Numbered from the stretch's first letter, positions 37,635-48,428 are shown. The stretch: DNA of 63,804 nt from Thermodesulfobacteriota bacterium (GCA_034716155.1 JAYEFR010000095.1:1-63804), one strand, 5' to 3'. The notes: generated by a model from the sequence alone, not told the origin. Numbers and translations are program-made.

Positions 37635-39911
37635 ATGGCAAGGTCTCATATATCTTCACATCCCAAGGCCATAAAGATAGGGAAAGGGATCTATCAATCC
37701 TTTGTAGAAAAGGCAAATGATGGCGTCTTTGTGTATCAGGATCACCATTTCTGTTATGTAAACCCCGAATTTAAAAGGGCATTAGGCTATCAAACCTCAG
37801 AACTTCTGTGTATGGGGCTTAAAGATATCGTGCGTGCCGGGATGAGAGATATAATCGAACAGCGCTATGAAAAGCGTATAAGGGGAGAGGATGTGCCACA
37901 GCGCTATGAGGTTGTCTTTATAACAAAAGACAGTATTGAGCGTATCTTTTCCCTTTCGCCCTCTGTTATCAAGTTTAACAACAGAGCAGCAACATTGAAT
38001 ATTGCCAGGGATATTACTGAGCGGGTGCATATTCAGCAGCAGTTGGAGGCCTCAAACCGGTTTGTAACAAGCCTGATAAATAACTCCAGTGATGCCATTA
38101 TTGCTACAGATATGGAAGGTAAGATATTAATATTCAATGATGCCGCTGAGAAGATCACGGGTTACAAGGCTGAGGATCTCTTGAACACCAAGATATCCAT
38201 AAGGGATTTTATGGGCCCGGGCGAGCAAAAGAGGATATTGGCCCTTTTGAATAAAGGATCTGCCAGGGCTCCATCTCGGATCATAGGCGAAGAGACCACA
38301 CTGCATGGCTTGGATGGCTCCCTTATCCCTATTTCTTTATCAGTATCCTATATCTATAAGGATGATAAACCTGTTGCCACCATAAGTATCTTTAGGGATC
38401 TCAGGCCAATACGAGAGGTAGAAGAAAGGCTCAGGGAGTCAGAGCAAAAATACCGCATATTAGTGGAAAAGGCCAATGATGGGATATTCGTATATCAAGA
38501 CCACATGTTTAAATACACCAACCCAAGGTTCAGGGAACTCCTGGACTATTCTCAAGACGAAATATTCAAGATGGGTCTGAAAGATCTTGTCAGGCCTGAA
38601 TTAAAAGATGAGATTGAGGATCGGTATGAACGCCGTATACATGGAGAAAAGGTTCCAGAACACTATGAGATTTCCTTTTTCGGTAAGGATAAAAAATGGA
38701 GAGATTTTGAGATCACGCCTGCTGTTATAGAATACGAAGGCAAAATAGCTACTCAAAATATCATCAGGGATATCACCGAGAGAAAATTGGCTGAAAGGGC
38801 ATTACAGATCAGTGAGGCAAGGTATAGGACAACAGTAGAACATACGGGTACTGCTATGATGATATTTGAAGATGATTATACTATATCGTTGGCTAATCAC
38901 CAGGCTGAGCTGCTAACAGGTTACTCAAGGCAAGAGATGGAAGGTAAGATGCTCTGGCCGGATATTGTCTTTGAAGAAGATATAGGGCGTATGAAGCTTT
39001 ATCATAAGGCTAGAAGGCAAATGGATAAAGGGACACCATCAGAATATGAATTTCGTCTTGTTGACAAATTTGGCAGAATAAAGGATGCATTTATTACCAT
39101 AGGAGTTATACCAGGGACAAAAAGCAGCGTTGCCTCAATAATGGATATAACCCAGAGAAAGCGCATGGAAGAGGAATTGGCCCAGACAAAGAAGCTGGCA
39201 ATGTTAGGAGAGATGTCGGCACATGTTGCACATGAGGTAAGGAATCCATTGCAACAGATCAAAACAGGTGTGGATTTCTTTTCCATGGCAGGCGAGCTTG
39301 ATCAAAGACAAAAGAAGATCCTAAATGGCATAATGAGCGGGATAAAAAATCTTGAAAGCTTTGTAACCCAGATCCTTGAATGGACAAAATCTGGCAAGGT
39401 CAGGCTGAGAAGACATAGTATAAATAATATCATAAATGGCCTGGTCTTTAACTATGAAGATCAGTTTAAGGCCCAAGATATCAAGGTAGAGGCGAGCTTT
39501 ACAAAGGATGTGGATAAGATAACCATAGATGGAATACAGCTACGGCAGGCCATGGAGGATATCATTGATAATGCTATGGATGCCATGCCGGATGGAGGTA
39601 TCTTAAAGATTGCCACGCAATATCTACCCAGGTATCCCTTTAAAGGGGAGATGGGCTATAATAAAGAATCTTTTACGGCAGACGCATTGGAGATCCGGAT
39701 CAAAGATACCGGCCGTGGGATCCCCAAGAAAGATCTGGGAAGGGTATTCCAACCGTTCTTTACGACAAAGACCAGGGGTACGGGTCTGGGCCTGGCCCTG
39801 GCTCAGAAGGTTGTATCGATCCACCATGGAGAGATTGAGGCCAAAAGCGATGGTAAAAATGGAGCGGAGTTTATTATCAGGGTGCCTATATCCCAGGGTG
39901 AGAGAAAATAG
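37635..39911 (+). CDS. multi-PAS sensor histidine kinase (cytoplasmic)
   Basis: 758 aa with about four PAS units, the H-box SAHVAHEVRNPL, the N-box DNAMDAM, and the G-boxes DTGRGI and GTGLGL. Confidence 0.88.
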   Translation: MARSHISSHPKAIKIGKGIYQSFVEKANDGVFVYQDHHFCYVNPEFKRALGYQTSELLCMGLKDIVRAGMRDIIEQRYEKRIRGEDVPQRYEVVFITKDSIERIFSLSPSVIKFNNRAATLNIARDITERVHIQQQLEASNRFVTSLINNSSDAIIATDMEGKILIFNDAAEKITGYKAEDLLNTKISIRDFMGPGEQKRILALLNKGSARAPSRIIGEETTLHGLDGSLIPISLSVSYIYKDDKPVATISIFRDLRPIREVEERLRESEQKYRILVEKANDGIFVYQDHMFKYTNPRFRELLDYSQDEIFKMGLKDLVRPELKDEIEDRYERRIHGEKVPEHYEISFFGKDKKWRDFEITPAVIEYEGKIATQNIIRDITERKLAERALQISEARYRTTVEHTGTAMMIFEDDYTISLANHQAELLTGYSRQEMEGKMLWPDIVFEEDIGRMKLYHKARRQMDKGTPSEYEFRLVDKFGRIKDAFITIGVIPGTKSSVASIMDITQRKRMEEELAQTKKLAMLGEMSAHVAHEVRNPLQQIKTGVDFFSMAGELDQRQKKILNGIMSGIKNLESFVTQILEWTKSGKVRLRRHSINNIINGLVFNYEDQFKAQDIKVEASFTKDVDKITIDGIQLRQAMEDIIDNAMDAMPDGGILKIATQYLPRYPFKGEMGYNKESFTADALEIRIKDTGRGIPKKDLGRVFQPFFTTKTRGTGLGLALAQKVVSIHHGEIEAKSDGKNGAEFIIRVPISQGERK

Positions 39912-39919
39912 AGGGCTTT

Positions 39920-41323
39920 ATGGATAACAAAAAGAGTGTCCTATTGGTAGATGATGAAGAGGTCTTCTTAGAACAATTAAAGGAGGCACTAGAGGCCAAC
40001 CATCCTGAACTTGGGATAGATACCGCAGAAGACGGGGTGTGTGCTTTAGAAAGGCTTTCAAAATTTCACTACGATATCGTACTTACTGACATAAAGATGC
40101 CCCGTATGGATGGAATTTCTCTCTTAAAGGAGATCCGTAGCAGGTTTCCATCTACATATGTAGTAATGATCACAGCATTCGGCAGTGTATCCTCTGCAGT
40201 GGAGGCCATGAAATATGGCGCATATGATTTCCTAGAAAAGCCCTTTAATATGGAGACATTAGAACTTTCTCTGGCAAAGATAATAAAGCAACAGGAGATA
40301 TTAGAAGAAAACATCGGGCTCAAAGGACAGATCCAGCAGCATGCTCAGGGGATGGATCAGATTGTGGGTGCGCACCCAAAGATGCAGAAGGTCTATGAGC
40401 AGATTATCACGGCAGCGGATATTGAGCTTACTGTGCTTATAATGGGAGAGACAGGGACAGGCAAGGAACTAGTAGCCAGGTCCGTTCATTCAAGGAGTGA
40501 GAGGAAAGGAAGACCCTTTGTGGTCATTAACTGCGCTGCCGTGCCGGAAAACCTTTTAGAATCCGAGTTTTTCGGACATGAGAAAGGAGCCTTTAGCGGG
40601 GCTATAGCTCAGAGGATAGGGAAGTTCGAAAAGGCTCATACAGGCACCCTTTTTCTTGACGAGATAGGTGATATCCCTTTGGGTCTGCAGGCCAAGATGC
40701 TAAGGGTCTTACAGGATGGCCACATTACACGATTGGGGAGCAACCAGGAGATAAAACTGGACTTTCGGGTGATTTGCGCCACTAACCGTCCGATTGAAGA
40801 GATGATCAAGAAAAAGCTCTTTCGTGAAGACCTCTATTATCGTATCAGTGTCTTTCCTATCTGGGTGCCGCCTCTTAGGCAACGGGTACAAGACATACCA
40901 TTACTTGTTAACCACTTTATTACAAAATACAGGGAAAGTCTTAATTCAAATCTAAAAGGGGTGTCCCCTGAGGTAATGGATCAATTGATGAAGTATCCGT
41001 GGCCAGGCAATGTGCGTGAGCTGGAAAATGTTGTGCAGCGGGCCATGGTTTCTATTAGTACTGAGGTTATTGAGAAGATCCCTTCTCTTGGTGCAGGTTT
41101 GGAAAATAATCTCCCGCTCCAAAACATCTCCATAGAGGGCAGGGAAGATACGACATTTCAAGATCTCAAGCAATCCCTTGTTGAGGAATTTGAAGAAAGA
41201 TATTTCTCATCCTTGCTGAATAAGCATGGTGGTGTAATTGCTGCAGCAGCGCGTGAGGCAGGGCTGAATTATAAGACCTTTTATCTGAAACTGGGAAAGT
41301 ATGGGCTATTAAAGAAACGCTAA
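39920..41323 (+). CDS. sigma-54-dependent response regulator (NtrC family)
   Basis: 467 aa with REC (DDEE...DIVLTDIKMP), AAA+ (GETGTGKE, GAFSGA, LFLDEIGD) and a C-terminal Fis-type HTH. Confidence 0.9.
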   Translation: MDNKKSVLLVDDEEVFLEQLKEALEANHPELGIDTAEDGVCALERLSKFHYDIVLTDIKMPRMDGISLLKEIRSRFPSTYVVMITAFGSVSSAVEAMKYGAYDFLEKPFNMETLELSLAKIIKQQEILEENIGLKGQIQQHAQGMDQIVGAHPKMQKVYEQIITAADIELTVLIMGETGTGKELVARSVHSRSERKGRPFVVINCAAVPENLLESEFFGHEKGAFSGAIAQRIGKFEKAHTGTLFLDEIGDIPLGLQAKMLRVLQDGHITRLGSNQEIKLDFRVICATNRPIEEMIKKKLFREDLYYRISVFPIWVPPLRQRVQDIPLLVNHFITKYRESLNSNLKGVSPEVMDQLMKYPWPGNVRELENVVQRAMVSISTEVIEKIPSLGAGLENNLPLQNISIEGREDTTFQDLKQSLVEEFEERYFSSLLNKHGGVIAAAAREAGLNYKTFYLKLGKYGLLKKR

Positions 41324-41617
41324 CCGTTCACGGGGTCCAGAAATCGGGATTTTATTTAACCCTATAAAACTTGGTCCTTTGGGCCAGGGCGGAGTTCGAC
41401 AGCTTTGCCGATAAAATCGGATTAGCACTGCTGGAGTACTGGAGTATTGAAAAGATAATGGGCAGTTATTATTGCTCTAAAGTGCGTAATTCCGTGGTTG
41501 GTGAGATGGTTTTCGCATTTTCATTACTCTATTACTCCATAAAATTTTTTGCGCTCATGCATAGTTATCCGCAATACTAAATTTTTTCGTAACCATTGAA
41601 ACGTGAGCGGATACAAC

Positions 41618-42388
41618 CTACCTTCCTATTATATATCGATGAGGGTCTACCTCTTCCCTCAGGATTTTAAGCTCTACTTCAGTAGGGGGCTTGGTTATGA
41701 AGACCTTGGGGGCTTGGAGTATCTCAAAGCCGCAGTTATCCTGTATATCCTTAAACGTATACCCGGGATTGATGGATAATACCCGCATGCGCTTGCTCTC
41801 AGGATCAAAATCCATCACCCCCATATTGGTAATGACCCTGTAAGGCCCTGTATTCAGAGGTAGCCCGGAGACTGCCCTGGAATCCCCCCCCTCAAGCCAG
41901 CCCGGAGTAGTAATAAAATTCAGCTTTTTTACAAAACGACGTGTGTCTTGTATGGTCATGATTATCTGCTTCCAGCAGAATGAAGCAAAGTCATTGGACC
42001 CGCCGCTTCCGGGAAATCTTATCTTGGGCTTGCTGTGGTTTTCTCCTATCATAGTGGAGTTCAGGTTCCCGTACATGTCGATCTGCACACCCCCCAAGAT
42101 GGTATAATCCACAAACCCCCTGCAGCATGTCTCCATGACATCACACATCCCTGATGCCATGACAGCATTATGAAAGGTTCTGGAATCCCCGACAGAGATG
42201 GGCATTTCGGGCAGTTGCGGGTCTACACCTCCCGACTCAAACATGATTACGAGGTGAGGAGCTAGGGTCTTCTGGGCAAGCATGGCAGCTGCGCAGGGGG
42301 CACCCGTCCCAACACTTGCCGTGTAACCATTTCCAAGCTCTCTTGATGCCACGCATATCATGAGCTCCATTATATTAAAGTCCGCCAT
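41618..42388 (-). CDS. family-I CoA-transferase subunit B (GctB / 3-oxoacid CoA-transferase B-like)
   Basis: I moved the start to ATG 42388 (MADFNIMELM...), which lies behind GGAGG and overlaps subunit A by 14 nt. It has the catalytic-Glu context MFESGG. Confidence 0.8.
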   Translation of the reverse strand: MADFNIMELMICVASRELGNGYTASVGTGAPCAAAMLAQKTLAPHLVIMFESGGVDPQLPEMPISVGDSRTFHNAVMASGMCDVMETCCRGFVDYTILGGVQIDMYGNLNSTMIGENHSKPKIRFPGSGGSNDFASFCWKQIIMTIQDTRRFVKKLNFITTPGWLEGGDSRAVSGLPLNTGPYRVITNMGVMDFDPESKRMRVLSINPGYTFKDIQDNCGFEILQAPKVFITKPPTEVELKILREEVDPHRYIIGR

Positions 42389-43379
42389 TTTTCGCCTCCC
42401 TGTGGAGCAAAAATTCCTTCTGCCGTAGTTCATTGAGCCTGGCAATGCCCCCGTTTTTCTCAATGTACTCAGCATGATCGGCACAGTCGTAGATGTTACG
42501 TTTCAAAAACTTGGCAAATTCGTCTGGATCTCTCTGCACGATTAACCACTGCATAAGGTGATCTTCGTCTGAGAAGTACTCGTATGGCATGGTCCCAGGG
42601 TATGCACCATATGGAACCTCACACACCGCATCGACAAGGTAAAACGGGATTGATGTACTGGTGGGGTCCTTTCGGATCTCCTCATTGGGGATCAAGCGCT
42701 CGGTGGTGATAATCAGGTGCTTGGAAGCCCCGGCAAGGTCATCATCAGAGATCATGATCCCCTTGATTCTCGCATTCCCATAGATATCTGCCTCATGCAC
42801 GTGGATTATTGATATATCCGGATACAGAGCGGGCTGTAACATTATCTTCTTGCCGGTAAAGGGGCATTCTGCGATCTTACCTCCGCTGTACTTGAATGTG
42901 TCAGTGCCGAACATATTACGTGTAGGAACATATGGTACACCCATAGCCGCTGCCTTAAGCCTGGCGGAAAGGCTGTAGTTGGTCCATTCACAGATCTCTA
43001 CCTTGCCGCTTTGGATGTATTTTCTGGCACATGGGGATAGGCCCCTGGCTTCCAGTCCAATAACATAGGCAACGTCAACCCTGTTAAAGACCTCTCCTGC
43101 TGCCAAGATCTGGAAATCATGTGTGGATGTATGGCCGGCAAATCCCATATTTTTCCTGCCTTGGCGGACTATCTCATGACATGCAGCCACAGGGGTCCTG
43201 TTGGCCCCAAAACCCCCTATGGCAAGGTACTCGCCATCATGTACAAATTCCCTTATAGCCTCACTCAGTCCCATCAGCTTGTTTTTCATCCTCCGTGATT
43301 TCTTACAGAAGGAATCTCTTGCCTTGTCCGGGTCAGGATCCGTAAAAAACTCGCCTTTCCCTTCTTCTAGGACAACCAC
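42375..43379 (-). CDS. family-I CoA-transferase subunit A (glutaconate CoA-transferase GctA-like)
   Basis: 334 aa with L.EAI.EFV.DGEYLAIGGFG, and a later HVHEADIYGN motif. Confidence 0.78.
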   Translation of the reverse strand: MVVLEEGKGEFFTDPDPDKARDSFCKKSRRMKNKLMGLSEAIREFVHDGEYLAIGGFGANRTPVAACHEIVRQGRKNMGFAGHTSTHDFQILAAGEVFNRVDVAYVIGLEARGLSPCARKYIQSGKVEICEWTNYSLSARLKAAAMGVPYVPTRNMFGTDTFKYSGGKIAECPFTGKKIMLQPALYPDISIIHVHEADIYGNARIKGIMISDDDLAGASKHLIITTERLIPNEEIRKDPTSTSIPFYLVDAVCEVPYGAYPGTMPYEYFSDEDHLMQWLIVQRDPDEFAKFLKRNIYDCADHAEYIEKNGGIARLNELRQKEFLLHREAKNGGL

Positions 43380-43406
43380 TGATGCAACCTCCTTTTGTTT
43401 CGAGAA

Positions 43407-45032
43407 CTATGCTGCATCTTTCCGTTCATGTTTATATAAAGAGTATGTCTCATCTGTTTTTGCCATTTTACTCTTTGATATGATTTCGTCCTTTATCAGC
43501 ATCTTTGCATCTACGAAGATCCGCGGATCCATTTCATGCAGATTAGCCGATATCAAAGGCTTGAACTCCATTTGATCTAAGACATCTCTGTTTAGATTTA
43601 AGCCCGGAGCGATTTCAATGAGGGTTACGCCTTCTTTTCTCAGTTCGAATACGGCCCTTTCCGTAATAAACATGACCTTTTGACCTGTCTCTTTTGCATA
43701 TTCCCCGCTGAATGTAATCTGTTCAACACTATCTACGTACTTCTTTTTATTTCCTTCTTTTATAATGTTTGGTTTTCCACTCCGAGCTTCAACTTGAGCC
43801 TTACAAGTTAATTCCCCGATAAAGACCACCTTTTTTGCGTTTTGTGTAATATTTATAAAACCGCCACAGCCAGCCAGCCGCGTGCCGAAACGGCTGACAT
43901 TTACATTCCCGTATTTATCTATTTGGGCTGCCCCCAAAAATGCCATATCCAGACCACCGCCATCATAAAAATCAAACTGAGAGGGCTGATCGATGATGGC
44001 ATCAGCATTTGCAGCAGCCCCAAAGCTTAACCCTCCGGCAGGGACACCGCCCACTGGCCCGGCCTCTACTGTGAGTGTTATCAGATCACTAATCCCTTCT
44101 TCGGCAGCAACTGCTGCAACGCCATCTGGCATGCCAATGCCCAGATTGACAATAGCACCAGGAGATAGTTCCATTGCAGCCCTGCGGGCAATTAATTTCC
44201 TGTTGTTAAACGGCAATGGATCTAGATTGCCAAGAGGGACAAACACCTCTCCTGACAATGCCGGGTTGTATTGTTCGATATATGTCTGCCAATGATTTCC
44301 CGGTCTGGCTACAACAACCGCGTCCACATAGATTCCTGGGATCTTTACATCAAACGGTTTAAATCTCCCATTGACTGAAACTCGCTCTACCTGAGCGATG
44401 ACGATGCCGCCGGAATTTTTCGCCGCCTGTGCCATGGATAACATCTCAAGCGTAGCTGTTTCCCTCTCCATTGTAATATTCCCATTTAAATCTGCAGTAG
44501 TGCCTCTCGCAAAGGCTACATCAATGGGAAGTGTCTTATAAAACAGTTTTTCTTGCCCTGCGATCTCTATAAGTTCCACAAGGTCTTCTTTTGTCCTTTC
44601 ATTGACCTTTCCCCCACTTTGGCGTGGATCGACAAATGTCTTGAGGCCCGTATGGGTAATGAATCCAGGCCTGCCGCCTGCTATCTCCCTAAACAGGCAA
44701 GAGATCACCCCTTGAGGGAAATTGTATGCCTCTATCTTGTTTTCCATTGCCAATTTGCCCAATTTTGGGGCCAGGTTCCAATATCCCTCAATAACCCTCT
44801 TTACAAGCCCCTCATGCGCCAGGTGATTTAGACCTCTATCTCTTCCATCACCTTGCCCTGCTGCACCGACAATAGTAAGGTTTACAGGTTTGCCTGTTTC
44901 GACAAACATCTCTTCCAATGCAGATGTCAGATCTTCAGGATGTCCGTTCCCGACAAATCCTCCAATAGCAACAGTGTCTCCATCTTTTATCAATCCTATT
45001 GCCTCTTGAACATCAATAACTTTTCCTGACAT
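43407..45032 (-). CDS. fused acyl-CoA:acetate/3-ketoacid CoA-transferase (YdiF/Pct-like)
   Basis: I moved the start to ATG 45032 ([26 protein letters not shown]) behind GGAGGA. The single ~540-aa chain carries both transferase halves. Confidence 0.78.
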   Translation of the reverse strand: MSGKVIDVQEAIGLIKDGDTVAIGGFVGNGHPEDLTSALEEMFVETGKPVNLTIVGAAGQGDGRDRGLNHLAHEGLVKRVIEGYWNLAPKLGKLAMENKIEAYNFPQGVISCLFREIAGGRPGFITHTGLKTFVDPRQSGGKVNERTKEDLVELIEIAGQEKLFYKTLPIDVAFARGTTADLNGNITMERETATLEMLSMAQAAKNSGGIVIAQVERVSVNGRFKPFDVKIPGIYVDAVVVARPGNHWQTYIEQYNPALSGEVFVPLGNLDPLPFNNRKLIARRAAMELSPGAIVNLGIGMPDGVAAVAAEEGISDLITLTVEAGPVGGVPAGGLSFGAAANADAIIDQPSQFDFYDGGGLDMAFLGAAQIDKYGNVNVSRFGTRLAGCGGFINITQNAKKVVFIGELTCKAQVEARSGKPNIIKEGNKKKYVDSVEQITFSGEYAKETGQKVMFITERAVFELRKEGVTLIEIAPGLNLNRDVLDQMEFKPLISANLHEMDPRIFVDAKMLIKDEIISKSKMAKTDETYSLYKHERKDAA

Positions 45033-45033
45033 A

Positions 45034-45984
45034 TTATCCTCCATATATAATCTTTATGAGATCAAACAATTTATCATCTCTCCATTTTACAAAATCTTTA
45101 AAGGATTTGCCTTTCATTTCATCTTTTACGCCATCTATCAATTTTTCTTTCATGGGTTCGGTGATATAATTCCATGTGGTAAGTTCTTCCCAGATTGCCT
45201 TGAATGTTGTGTTTCCAATACCATCAATAAAATGTCCGATCCCTCCCTTTTCTCCACCTCCAAGATGATAGATCATATGCGAGCCCATCAATGCCCATCT
45301 AAGACCCGGGCCGGCGCATAGTGCCTTGTCTACGTCTTCTACGCTTGCAACCCCATTTTCCACCAAATCGATTGCCTCTCGCCACAGGGCAACAGCAAGC
45401 CTGTTGCCTATAAATCCAGGGACCTCCTTTCTCACAACCACAGCGACCTTTCCCAGTTCTTCCATGAATTTAAGGGTGTTATCGACGGTTTCTTCAGATG
45501 TATCTTTCCCCGGCACTATCTCAACCAAAGGGATTAAGTGCGGTGGATTCCATGGGTGTGTGATTACACATCTATCTTTATGCGTAACTGCTTGTTGGAT
45601 CTTTGTCATACTTAAGCCGGAAGAACTACTCCCGATAATCACATGGGTCGGGGCATACTTGTCTATTTCTTTAAAGATTGGTTTTTTAATCTCGTAGGTT
45701 TCGCCGGTACATTCCTCAACAAAATCCGCATCCCTTACCGCCTCGGATATCTCTGTTACGAGGGTTATCCTCTCAAGGGCCTTCTTTTTATCAACCTCTG
45801 ATAACACCCCTTTCTCTATAAAGAAGTCGAGGTTTGAGCGAACATTTTTTATACCTTGTTGCCTTGTCTCGGCCCTTCTTGAATATGCAGTGACGTAGTA
45901 CCCCTTTTCTGCAAACAGTGTCACCCACGCAGCGCCTATGACCCCTGTTCCTATGACAGCGACCTTTTCAATCCCATCCGCCAT
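45034..45984 (-). CDS. 3-hydroxyacyl-CoA dehydrogenase family protein (LcdH / lambda-crystallin-like)
   Basis: 316 aa with the Rossmann start [13 protein letters not shown] and the 3HCDH pattern ...[15 protein letters not shown]... Confidence 0.78.
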   Translation of the reverse strand: MADGIEKVAVIGTGVIGAAWVTLFAEKGYYVTAYSRRAETRQQGIKNVRSNLDFFIEKGVLSEVDKKKALERITLVTEISEAVRDADFVEECTGETYEIKKPIFKEIDKYAPTHVIIGSSSSGLSMTKIQQAVTHKDRCVITHPWNPPHLIPLVEIVPGKDTSEETVDNTLKFMEELGKVAVVVRKEVPGFIGNRLAVALWREAIDLVENGVASVEDVDKALCAGPGLRWALMGSHMIYHLGGGEKGGIGHFIDGIGNTTFKAIWEELTTWNYITEPMKEKLIDGVKDEMKGKSFKDFVKWRDDKLFDLIKIIYGG

Positions 45985-46150
45985 TGTTACTTCTCCCTTT
46001 CACAGTCGTTTAAAAACGCAGATCCAAAGTTCTTATCCCCTCAGCATTTATTACGGTCTCCATTTTTATTCCCTTCTATGGAGAGCACAGCTTGGTAGTT
46101 GTTTAACATCTGCCGGGTTTGCTAACCGCTTTATGGCAGATAGCCTTATC

Positions 46151-46423
46151 CTAAGCAGCGTGGCGGATTTTATTTGTCATATCTACTACATCTTCCAGGT
46201 CGAATACCTTGTCATAAGCGCCCCATGGGTTAACATCAGGGTCTTCCTTGCATGTTGGGCAAAAATATTTTACGGTAAGGTCCTCAGCACCAGACCCCCA
46301 TATCTCCATCTTGCGGCATTCTCTGCAAAGTGCCTTTCCGCAGCCGGCACAGACGTCAACTGCCTCGTTCTTTCCGCAGATCTCACAGGGTTTTTTATTC
46401 ATCTCTAAATCTTTCATAGCCAA
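46151..46423 (-). CDS. small Cys-rich (4 x CxxC) zinc-ribbon protein
   Basis: 90 aa with CEIC...CAGC...CREC...CPTC. An AGAGGGAGG RBS lies upstream, and it sits directly downstream of a -24/-12 promoter motif. Confidence 0.55.
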   Translation of the reverse strand: MAMKDLEMNKKPCEICGKNEAVDVCAGCGKALCRECRKMEIWGSGAEDLTVKYFCPTCKEDPDVNPWGAYDKVFDLEDVVDMTNKIRHAA

Positions 46424-46455
46424 CCTCCCTCTTTTTTTTATTCTATTCTCACTAC

Positions 46456-46471
46456 TGCGAATCCCATGCCA
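46456..46471 (-). promoter_or_regulatory. candidate sigma-54 (-24/-12) promoter
   Basis: The minus strand reads TGGCATGGGATTCGCA, against the consensus TGGCACG-N4-TTGCA. GG and GC are at the correct 10-nt spacing, 33 nt upstream of the ATG at 46423. Confidence 0.55.
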
Positions 46472-46558
46472 GCATAAAAGATTTCAGTGCGAAACCATAA
46501 CTGTTTGTATTTATTATCTATCTGTATAATATGGCTGGCCAGCACTATTGTCTTATGA

Positions 46559-46572
46559 CCATAATATTATGG
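46559..46572. promoter_or_regulatory. candidate enhancer (UAS) palindrome
   Basis: A perfect 14-nt palindrome, CCATAATATTATGG, lies about 90 nt upstream of the -24 element. It is followed by a half-site repeat, CCATAAATATT. Confidence 0.3.
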
Positions 46573-46645
46573 TGTTACCACCATAAATATTCTGAAAATT
46601 CTCGATGGACAAAATAGAGTTACCTGGCTAAACTTGATAACATAA

Positions 46646-47095
46646 ATGAAATATTTGCTATTAATTTTAGCGGTAATTTATGCCTTAAGCCCCTATGACC
46701 TCTTGCCCGATTTTATGATCGGGTGGGGATGGATTGATGACTTGGTCATAGTGTTCCTTTTGTGGAGGTATTTTTTCTCTACTAAAAGGAAGGCATACAG
46801 CAATAGAGGCCCTTATCAGGAAGGCACTCAAGCCTTTGAGGGGAAGACCGGCGAGGAATTCTCTGAAAAAGGGGACTCGGATTCTCAGCTCAAAGAAGAG
46901 CCAACAGAAAAGGACCCCTACACAGTTCTCGGCATCTCAAGGGATGCATCCTCAGAAGAGATAACACACGCGTACAAAAGGCTTGCAAAGAAATACCATC
47001 CTGACAAGGTGCTTTATCTGGGAGATGAATTCAAAGAACTGGCGGAAAAACGCTTCAAGGAAATACAGAAGGCCTACCAGGATTTGATGCCCTGA
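46646..47095 (+). CDS. DUF1232 (YkvA-like) membrane domain fused to a J-domain
   Basis: 149 aa. The N-terminal [20 protein letters not shown] matches DUF1232. The C-terminal [32 protein letters not shown] is a DnaJ J-domain with HPD. Confidence 0.8.
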   Translation: MKYLLLILAVIYALSPYDLLPDFMIGWGWIDDLVIVFLLWRYFFSTKRKAYSNRGPYQEGTQAFEGKTGEEFSEKGDSDSQLKEEPTEKDPYTVLGISRDASSEEITHAYKRLAKKYHPDKVLYLGDEFKELAEKRFKEIQKAYQDLMP

Positions 47096-47315
47096 TAATA
47101 TGCATCCCCAAAATTTTCGGTAGATATTACAATCAGCTCTTAAATTTGTAATAGAGGGTGTAACTATTTAACGGGGATGTATCAAATAACCTTTTCAGCG
47201 GGCGGAAAAGAATTTTCGCAACAACCCGTTTATTATTTACAAATTATAATTTTCTTGATTAAATTTTTATCATATTGTAAGACCTGACACTATTAATACT
47301 AGCAGGAAAAACATT

Positions 47316-48428
47316 CTATTCTTGAGGTATTTCCTTTCCAAAGTTAGTTTTCTTGGCATACTCAATACATGCTGTCAGAAAACGTTCCATATCGGGGAGT
47401 TCGATACCAGAGCCTTGCAGGGCTTTTCTGGTCTCTTCTACGCTGTAGATGGGGCTCAATTCCCATGCATATGATTGAAATGCATAGAAGGGGTTATTTA
47501 CATACATTGAAGGCTTGATGATTTTAAGAATGGGCCGAGCAATATATTTCCAGAGTATGGGTGGGAAAGTATGGGTGTGCTGGTTAAATACAGTTGAGGT
47601 CAAATCGAGGAAACGTATAATCTTTATATTTCCATCAGGGCCGGCTGCCAAGTGAAAGGATTTGCCGATGTTTCGCTCATCAGCGGAGATGTAAACGAAG
47701 GCCTTGGCTACAAAATCCACAGGTACTATATCGAGTCTGGTTTTTCTGTTTACTGGAGACCAGGACAGGGAAAGCCTGCTAAGAAGCTCCAGCATTGGAT
47801 ACAGAACATTTCTTGGTTTTGCTTCCCCGCTCTCTGATACCCCTGCCACAATTGATGGTCGGAAAATTATAACAGGCAGACCTTCGTCTCTGTATGAGCG
47901 CACCAGCTTTTCAGCCTCGTACTTTGTTTGTTCATAGGTATTTTTGAATCCGAACTTATCTGTAAGATCATCTTCGCCAGCTATACCTTTTCTCTTTCCT
48001 GCGACAAAGGCTGTACCAATATAGTTTAAGTGAGAAAAGGAAGGATTATCCCTCTGACAATCCTTAGCAAGCTCTAATATACGTCTTGTACCTCCTACAT
48101 TAATTTTGCGCATTTTTTCAATTGGCTGGTTAAATCTGACATCAGCCGCACTATGTATAATATGGGTAACTTTTTTGATTAGATATTTATAATCATCTTC
48201 ATTAATACCTAATTTCTCAGCACCAATATCCCCTTCTACAACATTAATGCGATCATCTCCGCTGAAACCGATTTCAGAAAGAGTTTTATCGAGTCTTTGT
48301 TGAGGATTCTTGTCTTTATTTGCCCGGATTAAACAATAGAATCGATTTGCATGATCAATGGCCAGCAGACTCAATATCTCTGCGCCCAGGAACCCGGTTA
48401 CACCAGTAAGAAAATATACCTTTTCCAT
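47316..48428 (-). CDS. SDR-family thioester-reductase-like / fatty acyl-CoA reductase-like protein
   Basis: 370 aa with the N-terminal FLTGVTGFLG Rossmann start, the catalytic YEQTKYEAE (YxxxK) and a standalone terminal-reductase-type layout. Confidence 0.7.
   Translation of the reverse strand: MEKVYFLTGVTGFLGAEILSLLAIDHANRFYCLIRANKDKNPQQRLDKTLSEIGFSGDDRINVVEGDIGAEKLGINEDDYKYLIKKVTHIIHSAADVRFNQPIEKMRKINVGGTRRILELAKDCQRDNPSFSHLNYIGTAFVAGKRKGIAGEDDLTDKFGFKNTYEQTKYEAEKLVRSYRDEGLPVIIFRPSIVAGVSESGEAKPRNVLYPMLELLSRLSLSWSPVNRKTRLDIVPVDFVAKAFVYISADERNIGKSFHLAAGPDGNIKIIRFLDLTSTVFNQHTHTFPPILWKYIARPILKIIKPSMYVNNPFYAFQSYAWELSPIYSVEETRKALQGSGIELPDMERFLTACIEYAKKTNFGKEIPQE

Noticed and set aside
45938-46408. 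156-aa plus-strand ORF spanning the dehydrogenase start, the spacer and the Cys-rich gene.
   Set aside because: It overlaps two better-supported minus-strand genes and their promoter region, and it has a low-complexity translation and no RBS.
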